Source of the DNA: Paraspadella gotoi
Taxonomy: Eukaryota > Animalia > Chaetognatha
NCBI GenBank assembly: GCA_051294375.1
Contig: CM119266.1
Coordinates: forward strand, 11,675,609 to 11,739,608
Direction: 5' to 3'
Length of the DNA stretch: 64,000 bases
In this document: positions 1 through 12,511 of the stretch, in pieces
Layout of the letters: every line of letters starts with the position of its first letter
How positions within the stretch are numbered: position 1 is the stretch's first letter
Notes under the pieces: generated by a model
The model's database searches: none
Told to the model about the DNA's origin: nothing
What the model saw: only the letters and a program-made list of their open reading frames with translations
Made by a program: the position numbers and the translations under genes

Positions 1-234
1 CGAATTAGTTGGAGAGAAAAAAAATTGGCGAGAGATGAAAAAAAAAACATATATATTGGAATTTAACACAAAAAAAAACTTTTTCAACGAATTTCTTGTC
101 ACCTCTATGAATTTTTTGTTTTCTAAAACGAATAGATCGAATATAATATTAATATAATTCAATAATTTCTAATTTTCTGTCTTTTAATTTTATTCATATA
201 GTAATTTTATTTTCAATTTCACCACATCTCCGCT

Positions 235-516
235 CCGTTCACCGCCGTTCACCGCCGTTCACCGCCGTTCACCGCCGTTCACCGCCGTTCACCGCCGTTC
301 ACCGCCGTTCACCGCCGTTCACCGCCGTTCACCGCCGTTCACCGCCGTTCACCGCCGTTCACCGCCGTTCACCGCCGTTCACCGCCGTTCACCGCCGTTC
401 ACCGCCGTTCACCGCCGTTCACCGCCGTTCACCGCCGTTCACCGCCGTTCACCGCCGTTCACCGCCGTTCACCGCCGTTCACCGCCGTTCACCGCCGTTC
501 ACCGCCGTTCACCGCC
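235..516. repeat. Perfect GC-rich 10-bp minisatellite (ACCGCCGTTC)n, ~28 units
   Basis: 27 identical ACCGCCGTTC units at 241-510 plus partial units on each side. Confidence 0.97.
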
Positions 517-853
517 CACCCTCATCCTATTTTTTCATCCCGTGCGCAGGTTTTAAACGCGGTTCACCAGAGCGAGTTTCCAATTTGTTTTCGTCCCACA
601 GTGATTCATCAGATCCTCATTAAAAATCATCGATTGTCGAAGTGCCTTTTGTTTACATCATCCGATTAACGATTCCCCCGGCGGCCCTTAGAGGGCGCGC
701 GGACGACGACGACGCCGTTGCCAAGCAACGACTCGCAAATGAGCTGCGACGACCGCGGCGGCCAACGATCGGGGCGGAGACGAGAGAGGGAAAAAAAAAG
801 GCAGTTGGCCCCCGGTTCGACTTGAAAGTTATCGTCATCGATGGAGTGTCTCT

Positions 854-857
<4 letters not shown>

Positions 858-922
<65 letters not shown>
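858..922. repeat. (CT)n microsatellite
   Basis: Pure dinucleotide tract; source of the SLSL/ERER ORFs. Confidence 0.97.
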
Positions 923-926
<4 letters not shown>

Positions 927-2981
927 CCCCCGCTCACGCTCGGTGCTAGACGCCGTTCTCTTTTATTTATAGTTGAGGCCTCATGTAATATGCATGATAT
1001 TTGAAACAGAGAGACCCATTAAAACTTTAATCATGCGAAATGATGAGAAAGGAGGAGAAAAGGAAAAGGGAATTTTTTTTTTTTAATCTTCTCTGTTCTT
1101 CTCTTGTGGGTTTAACGTTGCTAAAGAGCGTCGACGTTAAACGTTACATAGTAGTGTAGTTGAGTATTACGTGTCTCAGCTGCATGTCGGCGTTTCGTTA
1201 ATTATAAAGTTACATNNNNNNNNNNNNNNNNNNNNNNNNNNNNNNNNNNNNNNNNNNNNNNNNNNNNNNNNNNNNNNNNNNNNNNNNNNNNNNNNNNNNN
1301 NNNNNNNNNNNNNNNNNNNNNNNNNNNNNNNNNNNNNNNNNNNNNNNNNNNNNNNNNNNNNNNNNNNNNNNNNNNNNNNNNNNNNNNNNNNNNNNNNNNN
1401 NNNNNNNNNNNNNNNNNNNNNNNNNNNNNNNNNNNNNNNNNNNNNNNNNNNNNNNNNNNNNNNNNNNNNNNNNNNNNNNNNNNAATTTTCGAAAGTTCGC
1501 GATCGCAATCTCTCTACGCGTCCCCCCTGGGGGTTCTTCGGATTGAACGCGGACGGGAGGGGAGACGAGAAAGAAATAAAAAGATGGAGAGCGAGTGGAG
1601 GGAGGGATAGAGAGAGAGAGGGCGTGGAGAGGTTGACAAGATGGCGGAGGGCGCAGAGAGAGCCAAGGGGCGAAAGGTTTGATTCGAGCGAAGATGAATA
1701 TTGAAGAGTTGAAATGAGACAATTTGAGATGGAGACAGATTTGAGATGGAGACAGTTGAGAAGAGAAGAATTGATATCAATCGAGATGAGGTCATAACCA
1801 GAAACAGCTGCGGTTTTTTATTTTTCTCTTAAGAAAAGATTCAAGATGCGACTTATTTCATATTACGTATTTCGTACAATGTACATATCTCTTACAAATA
1901 ATGTAGATACAAAAGAAAATCCAGGATACGCTCCTTCATTGACCTCGGCGTATCACATTCTAAAAAGCTCACATCCCTTTCCATTAGTTCTCCATTTTCC
2001 TTCCTCCATTCCGAGATCCTCTTCCTCCTCCTCCTCCTCCTCATCAGCCCATTTTAATTCCGCTTCTTCCTTCATTGGCTCCGTCGTCCCCGCCGCGTCG
2101 GCAGCGCCGGCAGCCGCCGCGCCTGCATCAGCGTCGGCTGCGGATGTTGATGATGCAATTTGGCGGCGGTCGCGCCTCCAGCGTCTTTTTTCTCCAGCGC
2201 CGCCAGCGTCGATCACAAGCGTTAATCGTCATCCGCCTCCATTTACGTGACGTCATCGGAAAAAAAAAAGATGGCGGCGAAAATGTTCGGAACGACTTAA
2301 TTTAAAAGATGTTTTAAATGTCGTTTTTCCCTGACAACTTCTCTCGGTAATTCTCCCTCACGCGAGTAATAGACATCTGAACCCCGCCCCGTCCCAAAAT
2401 TTACGTCCCAATCTACAGATTTTTTTTCTTTCTCTCTTTACTTTAACTGTTACACCTGGTGTTAATCGTAAAATTATTTTCTTAATTAATGTTGTTTTTT
2501 TTTTTTATCCCTTTCGTTTTTTCAGTCGGCCGCCCTTGTTCTTTTGTCGTAACATCGGCCGGGCTAATTAACGACGAAATAAGAAAACCCTTAAAAGGCG
2601 ATTAAGACGAAAAATGTTAAAAAGAAATTGTAAAAAGACCGTAGTTTAAAAAAGAAATTTTAAATTTTAAAAAGGCGAAGCTTTTTTTCCTTTATTTTTT
2701 TTATTTTCGAGGGATTTTAACGGTTTTTCCAGTTCTCCTTGATCCGAGCCGACTAATGGCTGGATATTTACTAGTAATGATTAGCCACCAATTAGAACCT
2801 TTAATGCCTTCGTCTGTATAACAGAGGGAAAAAAAACAGGATCGTAATGATAATAGGAATTAGGAGGAAGAAGAGGAGCAGGAGGAGGAAGAGGAAGAAG
2901 AAGAGGAAAACTACGGGGCCCAGACAAAACGTGTACTACGACATTGTGGGGGACCCCAAGTGAAGTTTTATGATGACAAGA

Positions 2982-2984
<3 letters not shown>

Positions 2985-3076
<92 letters not shown>
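2985..3076. repeat. (GA)n microsatellite
   Basis: Pure dinucleotide tract. Confidence 0.97.
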
Positions 3077-3079
<3 letters not shown>

Positions 3080-3720
3080 GGGGGAAAAATAAAAAAATAA
3101 CCTTCAGAAGTAAAGCGTTAAAAATTGAAAGGAAAAGAAAGGAATGTGAAGGGTTGAAAAAAAAAGACAGATTTAGGGACACTGATATCGTGATTGACTC
3201 CGTAGGAATTTTCGGCGTCGAGATTTCACGCGGCGACAACGATTTTTTCGGCGACGACGACCGCGGCGTCGAATGATCGAAGGCGCGACTTTTTTAAAAA
3301 TTTCTTTAAATTCTTTTGTGTTTCAAGATTTAAACGTCTTTTTGACGATCGTTTGCGCCGCGCGAGTCGGTGACGTCAGTGGCGCCGATCGAAAAATTCA
3401 GAGAAAGAAAGAAAGAAAGACGGACAGTCATAAAGAAAGTAGAGCAAGTAAAGAAAGAAAGAAATAAAGAAAGAACAAAAAAATAAAAAATAAAAAATAC
3501 AGACAGACTGATAAGAAATAAAAAAATTCACGAAAAATATCAAGAAAAAAAAAAAGAAAAACAACTGAACATCCGTTGTCACATTCTCGAAATTCATGAG
3601 CGACTCGGGTTTTTTTCTTTTCAAAGTGATTCCCTTTATTCCGAATTTTTCGATCTAACGCGTCATCGATATTTACGATCGGCGATCGAAAACCGGAGAC
3701 TGAGAGGGGGGGGGTGAAAA

Positions 3721-3806
3721 GTGATTAAAGCCGAGGATTAAGCTTGATTAGAACGCGGGAGGTGATTAAAACTGAGGAGGTGATTAAAACTAAAGAGGTG
3801 ATTAAA
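3721..3806. promoter_or_regulatory. Cluster of six GATTA (TAATC) homeodomain-type sites, last three in an 18-bp tandem repeat
   Basis: GATTA at 3723, 3736, 3746, 3764, 3782 and 3800; GAGGTGATTAAAA repeated with an 18-bp period. Regulatory function is inferred only. Confidence 0.3.
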
Positions 3807-3871
3807 AAAAAGTCTGGAAATTCTGGATTCTCTTTTTAAAACCCGAGCGGACGAGTTGTGGGAACTCACCC

Positions 3872-3989
<118 letters not shown>

Positions 3990-6900
3990 GATGTCGTCGT
4001 TGTTGTCATCATCGTCTTCAAGACTGACGACGACGAATAACGCAGAAGAGTCTGGTAGCCGGCGGGTCGGGACCTCCCTCACCTTCTTACTTACCTCGTT
4101 TGGCGGAGCTCGACGGGCAATTCGACGCTCGCGCCTCCTACTGGGGCCGAGATGAAAGGAGCCGACGGAATTCGTCGTTAAACGACGAAACAAAAAGTCA
4201 AAGGAATAAAAATCAGAAAAAAAATAAAAAGAAAGAAAAAGAAAAAAGAAAAAAATTATAAAAAAATGAAGAAGGGAAAGTCTCCCGGACATTTGAGTCG
4301 TTATTGCCGGCGCATTTGAAAACGTNNNNNNNNNNNNNNNNNNNNNNNNNNNNNNNNNNNNNNNNNNNNNNNNNNNNNNNNNNNNNNNNNNNNNNNNNNN
4401 NNNNNNNNNNNNNNNNNNNNNNNNNNNNNNNNNNNNNNNNNNNNNNNNNNNNNNNNNNNNNNNNNNNNNNNNNNNNNNNNNNNNNNNNNNNNNNNNNNNN
4501 NNNNNNNNNNNNNNNNNNNNNNNNNNNNNNNNNNNNAGAGATGATTAACAATTCTTTTTTTAAAGACCTGAGTAAAAATATTTCGAAAGTCATTGCCCGA
4601 AAAATAGTTATATTGCCTGTCAAGAAAGCTTGCAACGATTCAATCATGAACTAATAAATGAATAAGAAAATCAATCTATATTAATTGCATTATATCAATC
4701 AGTCAATCAATCAAGCGGGTTTATCGCCTAATCAGTCCCCTCCGCCCCGACGCTGAGAATTACGCGTTGAGAAACGCGAATTCATTTATTTTTCATAAGT
4801 TGAACGCGAGAAGTGGGATGCGAAAAAAAGTGGTGGGTAGGGAAGGTGGTTAGAATGACTTCGGTGAGGTGGTGGAGAGAGAAAGGGGGCAAAAACGGTG
4901 CATCGGGGAAAAGGGGCGAACAAATTTTAAATCTTCACTCAAAGTTTGACTTCGGGGAGGCGTAAGGAAAGAAAAAGAGTTAAGAGGATATAGAAATAGA
5001 AAACAAAATTTAACTNNNNNNNNNNNNNNNNNNNNNNNNNNNNNNNNNNNNNNNNNNNNNNNNNNNNNNNNNNNNNNNNNNNNNNNNNNNNNNNNNNNNN
5101 NNNNNNNNNNNNNNNNNNNNNNNNNNNNNNNNNNNNNNNNNNNNNNNNNNNNNNNNNNNNNNNNNNNNNNNNNNNNNNNNNNNNNNNNNNNNNNNNNNNN
5201 NNNNNNNNNNNNNNNNNNNNNNNNNNNNNNNNNNNNNNNNNNNNNNNNNNNNNNNNNNNNNNNNNNNNNNNNNNNNNNNNNNNNNNNNNNNNNNNNNNNN
5301 NNNNNNNNNNNNNNNNNNNNNNNNNNNNNNNNNNNNNNNNNNNNNNNNNNNNNNNNNNNNNNNNNNNNNNNNNNNNNNNNNNNNNNNNNNNNNNNNNNNN
5401 NNNNNNNNNNNNNNNNNNNNNNNNNNNNNNNNNNNNNNNNNNNNNNNNNNNNNNNNNNNNNNNNNNNNNNNNNNNNNNNNNNNNNNNNNNNNNNNNNNNN
5501 NNNNNNNNNNNNNNNNNNNNNNNNNNNNNNNNNNNNNNNNNNNNNNNNNNNCGAAGAAGGACAAGGTTAAAAAAAAAGCTGAAACATGTTCGGTGTGAAT
5601 GGGAAAAGGTTAGAACGAGGCTTCGTTTAATAATTTCCGTTTATAGTGAGCAGCACTGTCTTCTAAGAACGAAATTATAACTTAAAACGATTTCACTGCG
5701 AACTTGACGACGACGATAGTAACGACGACGATGACGACGACGACGACGATAAAAAAACCGCTGATTCCGAAGAAAAGAGAATGGAAAATGAAGATTAGAG
5801 GGAAAAATATGAGTGGAAAGAAAAGGGGGGAGAAGGAAGAAAAGTTATATTTGGAATGTATTCTCCATTTCTCCAGAAAAGAGGGGAAACTCGACACACG
5901 AACATTTGAATTTACAGGAGTGGATAACCATTAAAAGGGGGACAAATTGTCAAGACTGTAGTGGCTTTTGTGAAAAATGTTGAATGGAAACAACGATTAA
6001 GCGAGGAATCGATTTCAGGCGCTGCCTCGATTTAGATTTTCTGAAATTGCCCACTTTCTCCTTCCCTTTTCTCCTCCCCAACCTCTCTCTNNNNNNNNNN
6101 NNNNNNNNNNNNNNNNNNNNNNNNNNNNNNNNNNNNNNNNNNNNNNNNNNNNNNNNNNNNNNNNNNNNNNNNNNNNNNNNNNNNNNNNNNNNNNNNNNNN
6201 NNNNNNNNNNNNNNNNNNNNNNNNNNNNNNNNNNNNNNNNNNNNNNNNNNNNNNNNNNNNNNNNNNNNNNNNNNNNNNNNNNNNNNNNNNNNNNNNNNNA
6301 GAGAGAGAGAGAGAGTTCTTAGAAGCGATGTTCCGAAAATTGGGAAAGATAACGACAATCAGAGGAAGACTATGAGAAAGAACAAGACTTTGATAAAAGA
6401 CAACAACAACAACAACGACAACGACAACGACAACGACGTTAAAGACCGTGACGGCGTAAGATGACGCCGTCGCTTTTTCGACTTCAATTATTGATCGAAT
6501 AAGCGAGCGTCCAAGATTGATGCGGCGGAGAATATGAGGTCTTTCGCTCGGTCGGTCGGTCGCTCAGGGAAAATGAGCGAATCTCGATGACGATTTGAAC
6601 AGGGATTGGGGTGGTGATTGGGGTGGTTTTTGGGGTGGTTATTTGGGTGTTGTAGGCGATTGCGTTGACGAAAAAAATGGCAAAAGGGATAGCGAATCAA
6701 TGGATGGCATCTCCGAAGTCGCCAACTATTATCAGCCGTCTCGAGGAGACTTGACCTTTGCCCTTAAAATGCTGCACANNNNNNNNNNNNNNNNNNNNNN
6801 NNNNNNNNNNNNNNNNNNNNNNNNNNNNNNNNNNNNNNNNNNNNNNNNNNNNNNNNNNNNNNNNNNNNNNNNNNNNNNNNNNNNNNNNNNNNNNNNNNNN

Positions 6901-7606
6901 NNNNNNNNNNNNNNNNNNNNNNNNNNNNNNNNNNNNNNNNNNNNNNNNNNNNNNNNNNNNNNNNNNNNNNNNNNNNNNNNNNNNNNNNNNNNNNNNNNNN
7001 NNNNNNNNNNNNNNNNNNNNNNNNNNNNNNNNNNNNNTTTTTTTTTTTTGTTCTCTTTTTGTTCGAAACGTTTTCCTTTGTTAATCCTTTGTTAAGCTTG
7101 TTTGTTAAAGTTTTATTTATTAAACACCTCGGCTAATAAGCAGCTCTCCTTCTCAAAAAAAGGAGTACCAATTCTTTGATTAAAGATTCGGAGATTTATG
7201 ATGGAAATTCGATCTCCACTTTACCTTTGCGAATGACTTTATCTCATGAAGGAGTTCCATCATAGAAATATCAATTTTCTTCAAACTAATCTTGTCAATA
7301 TTTTTCTTGAACATGGATATCGAAGATAGAATATCCTACCAACGCTTACTTGTGATCATAGTTTGCTTTTTATTACTATTAAACTTGGAAACGAAAACCA
7401 GTATTAAAAAAATAATAATAATTTGCGAGGAAATGATCGTAATATTCATTGAAGTAATAAACGTCTCTTTTCTTTTCTCATTATACAAATACGAACTAAT
7501 TTAAGCTTCTAATTTTTTTTCTGAGTTGATCTTTCTAGACGATAATTTATTCAAATCGTCCAAATAATCTATAAGAGAGAGNNNNNNNNNNNNNNNNNNN
7601 NNNNNN

Positions 7607-10600
7607 GGAGAGAGAGGATGAGAGAAAGAGAAAGAGAGAGGAGACGAGATGAGTAGTACAGAGAGAGAGAGAGAAGAGAGTCTGGGAGAGGAAGAGGAGA
7701 GGACTGAGAGAGAGAGAGAGAGAGTTATGATTACACTTCAAACTTGACACGCCAAAGTCTTTCATTCACCCTCATTATTTCTATGTATTTATGCGAACCG
7801 CACTATTCTCATGTCTCAGACTCTAAGACGGCGATAAAAGTTTTCTTGCGTTTTTCCTTTTCAACTGTCAAAGATATTCATTTAGAGATTAACAAAACAA
7901 TTTAAAATTAATAACTTAAAAAAAAAATGAACTAAGCAAATTAAAAAAAAATGTTTTGTTTCTCGTCGGCCAGATCGACGATCGACTCGTTAAATGACGC
8001 TGGGGAGAGAGAATCGATGAGAGAAGAAAGATTGAGAGCGAGAGAATTTATAAACAAGTAGCGCGACACAGTTATAGAGCGAATATACGGAATAGAGAGG
8101 AGAAGAGAGAGAGAGGATAGAGAGACGACGAGAAGAGATTAGAGATGAGCGTACGAAAGAATGAACATGTACGAGAAATTATGACGTAGAACTGATGAAT
8201 ATGAAAATAGCAGAGAGAGAGAGTACTCAGAGACCACATTCCTCTGAAGTCGGAAATCTTCAAGTTTCGTCTCTCCGTGATATCTTCTGTCCATGAGAGA
8301 ACACCGGAAGTGCTACATGTCTTGCATATATACGGATGATAGTAATGTAACATTCTGAGAAGAGTGTCAAATGAATACTCGGCTTCTTCCTGGATCTACT
8401 ATACTTCTCTGGTTCAACTCACAATGCGTCGCATATCGCGTGTGATCTATACATAAACAGATATAGGTCGGAGAGGGGACTCGACCAGAGATACGAAATT
8501 CATAGAATTCTCCCGCGGTAGGTCCTTGTCTATGATTGCGGAAAGTGCGATTTTCAGGTAGAGGGAGAGGATGAGACGAAATGAGTATAGAATACATTAT
8601 ATCATGACTATTGTAGCTCGACCTGAGAGAGAATGCTCTATGCATCCTACTCTAGGATGCACTGAGAATAATCAGTAACCGAATATTGAGAAGAGACAGA
8701 GGAATTTAACACGACACAATAGAGAGCTAAACGAAAGTATGCTGAGAGTTATCTTCACAATCGACTCAAAGCGCCGTGGTAGTAATGAGATTTGGAGCAC
8801 AACATTGGCGGACATACTTCCAGGATAAATAAGGGTAAAAAATGCAGTCAGAAAGTATGCACGTAGATCTGGTGTCTACTACATTAGTCACTTATCATTT
8901 TTGTCTTTGCTCCGCTCTCCAATTCGCTGGTCGACATCCAAAACTGATGAGCTCTCACGGAGGAGGAGAGAGCACCACCACAATTCACTTCTCGAATGAT
9001 CCACAATGCACATTTCACACAGTCACAAACGGATTTTTAGATTCAAAACAGTCCACCGATCTGTCCGCAACCCCTCTTCTTCCAGAGAGAGAGACACGAC
9101 ACGCGATTGAAAGAAAAGCACCTCCAATTTCCGCCGAGGGAGTCTTTTGGACAATCTCCAGTCAAGGAAAGGGAGGATGGTTGAACCGAAGATCGGCGAA
9201 CTCAACGGCGAGTTTTTGAGAAAGCAAAGAGACGAGAACCGAGAGGTATGGGGAGAGGGAGAACCCGGAGACATGAGAGAGAGATAGACAAGGGAATGGA
9301 ACCAAACCGCTAATGCAAAAGGTATCGGACGCGAGTGTAATAATCTGAGACGATAATCGAGGAGGACGAGCAGAGGATGAGGATGAGAGAGAGGAGCAGA
9401 GGGGTGGCGACCGTGCAACTTTATACAATATATAGACCAATATATTTAAAAATCTCTATTGAAATATCTATTTATTTTTAGTTGACTAATATACTTATAA
9501 TAGTTTCTCCGCCTCGCCCCATTGGAGACGGCATCGCGTATCTTACTCTCTATTTAGTTGACGCCAGATGTTTTATGTTGTACCGCGTGTTCATCGATGT
9601 GAGTCCAAGGAGGGGCCCTACGTGACGTAGATCGAAGGATCGAAAATGACGCGAGATGCTGCGCCTGCGTCCTCGAGAACAAAAACCTGAAAGGTATGGA
9701 GAAAGAAGGACCAAAGAAAAAATTAAAGAAAGAAAGAAAGAAAGTAAAGAAAGAAAAGAAAGACAAGATGAAGAAAGAAGATAAAGAAAGAAAGAAAAGA
9801 AAGAAAAGGAAGAAAGATAAGAAAGAAAGCAAAGAAAGAAAACAAAGAAAGAAAGAAAGAAAATGAAAGAAAAAGAAGTAAAGCGAAATAAAAAAAGAAA
9901 ATTAAAACATAAAAAACCCCGCTCTTTATTTGCGCTTGGTCCCTTAAATCTTCTATGATCGTCAATCATTCATCGTACGTCGTTGCACTTTTCATCGAGT
10001 CCGCAGAGAGGACCGGCGACTGGGTATCGGGTGACGCCCAAAAGCCTCGACGGCAAAAATCGAAATGGCGGCGCCTTCGCTTCGGCCACGGATGGCGTGG
10101 GGATCGTGGTGTGGAGGCGGCCGGAGGATTCTTGGAGTCGATGAATTTGCGTGGCAGGGATCGTGGCGTGGGGGGAAACAGCGGGCCATCCGTTTTCGTA
10201 GGAAGGAATAGCCATTTAGGTTACAATATGTATAAAAAATAGAATAATTAAGAATGACTGGTATAGGAGAAATGACCATCCCTTCTAGTCATGCTTGGAA
10301 TCAGATATATAGCGCACCTACGCTATATGACGCTCTATCGCCATAGGATGCTAATCCGGTATAGGAATGTTATATGAATGAACGTCATACGATGCCAACG
10401 ACCAACAGAACTCCCGAACAAGAATGAGCGAAGAATGGGAATACCTAAGAACAAGTCACGTTATGCAGACTTCAGTGAGTGATCAAATATACACTGGGTG
10501 ACAAATATGAGAACACCAAATAAGAGTACAAATACCGATAGCTTCCGTGCATATATAGGAACGGATGGGAAACAGCGATATATGAAATAAACACGCACAC

Positions 10601-12160
10601 CAAGAGCGAATGAGGACATAGAAAGGGTACCACGAAGATAATAAGCTAAAGAATAAAGAGACCATTAAAATGATGAAGAAACGAACATAAGTGGAAAATC
10701 GCACGCCACAATAAAGATCAAAGACATAATGAAGAGAGAGAACAAAGAAACAAATAGTAAAGAGGAAATAATTGAAGACACAATCTCTCTGCACATAGAA
10801 TGTTGAACTCGACACGTTAGACAAGCACAGAAGATGATAGAAATGGCAGAGGTAGAGACAGATTAGTGGCAACACGCAACTGAGTGCATTGATTATTGAT
10901 GTTGGAAGCCGAAAGATAGCCTCAAACTCCTAGCAACGCATGTGCAGAATATCTCGGATCGCTATTATAAATAGCACAATGGCTTCACGCTGCAAACCAG
11001 GAAGGAAAACGTCATACCAACTGTACTGCGCCCCGAAAAAGCCGCCACAGGCGGAGACGAGCGACAACCTTTTTACCTAAGTTGATGGCAGACAAGGAGA
11101 AGAATTGAGGTACGGGCCAAGAGGGGTCTTCATGGAGAGCCGCGGATCCGCACGCAGCTTCTGGGCGTCGGAGGCGAAGATTTCAGTGGCAGCACGGCAG
11201 GCATGCCCGAGCGCGCTGGACCAGTCTCGTGCCTGTTGTAATTCGAAAGAAGGACCCCAGAATAGAATAGGTTAATAAGCCAGGCGGAAATTACAGATAC
11301 GAGATTCGCATTAAACAACCGTCGAAGAAAAAAATAACTTGTTAAATCCTCAGCTATAAATTGAGAAATCACAACCGAAGGAATGGACGAAATAGAAAAA
11401 ACCAGAATTTCAATAAATAATGAGAAGAGAGAACCTACTATCAGAGCCCGACGACACCTAATCACAAAAACACGATGACCTTAGTCCTGAGTTCAGTCTG
11501 TGCAGCGAACGAGAGAAAACGTGGAAATATCAGGGAGAGAAGGCAAGAAAAACACACGTGAGAAAAGGAACCAAGAATGAAAGATTAACAAAAAAGCAGG
11601 AAAAGAATGAATACAACAAATCTGCTGTTAGTACAAAGTAAAAGATGTTATAGTTCCTGAGAATCACTTCCACTTTAAGCGTGAAACTATCCTGAGCAGA
11701 GTAAATAATGACCACTCAAGGTTACTAAAATAACAAACCCATATGAGTCAACTAGATGGAGCATTATAAAAAATGAATAATAAATTCTTTGAATAAAGAT
11801 ATATCAACCTGAAAGATGCGTGCAAGAGATAGAAATTGGATACTATGGTAATAATTCGATTAATCTTCAGAATATCACCCTATTTTTCGCACCCAATCAA
11901 AAAATTAGTGACATGATATCGCGCATGAGACCTGATCTCTAATCCGCCGTAAACTACATGTCCGACGAAAAAGTGGAATAGAATGTATATACAATAAGCA
12001 GAAACATTTGAATATAGCCGACACCATGTCCTTGCCTCTATAAATCACACCTCTTCTAGGAAATCCTAGTCTATCCATTACATTCATTATTCATCTCCGA
12101 CGTTTTTATTCTCCTTCTCTTTTTTCTCTCTCTCTCTCTCTCGAGAGAGAGAGAGAGAGA
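7607..12160 (+). other. Noisy long-read-like gap fill (insertion-rich copy of 12160-12486 + 16600-18965); probable assembly artefact
   Basis: Follows a 25-N gap (7582-7606). 7723-8074 matches 12160-12480 with indels. 8075-12140 carries the landmarks of 16600-18965 in the same order (CTGAAGT..GGAAATCTTCAAGTTTCG, GGGTATCGGGTGACGCC, CATTATTCAT..CGACGTTTTT) but is inflated by insertions. Confidence 0.85.
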
Positions 12161-12511
12161 GTTATGATTACACTTCAACTTGACACGCCAAGTCTTTTCA
12201 TTCACCCTCATTATTTTCATTATTATGCGAACCGATATTCTCATGTCTCAGACTCTAGACGGCGATAAAAAGTTTCTGCGTTTTTCTTTTCAACTGTCAA
12301 GATATCATTAGATTAAACAAAACAATTAAAAATTAATAACTTAAAAAAAAAGAAAAGAATTAAAAAAAATGTTGTTCTCGTCGGCAGATCGACGATCGGA
12401 CTCGTTAAATGACGCGAGAGAGAATCGAGAGAGAAAGATTGAGAGCGAGAGAATTAAACAAGAGCGCGACACAGTTAAAGAGAAATNNNNNNNNNNNNNN
12501 NNNNNNNNNNN

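Noticed and set aside
12125-12161. Perfect (TC)n(GA)n palindrome (also 16562-16600) suggesting a cruciform
   Set aside because: It sits exactly at the join between the pasted noisy block and the next contig's (GA)n flank, so it is probably artefactual.
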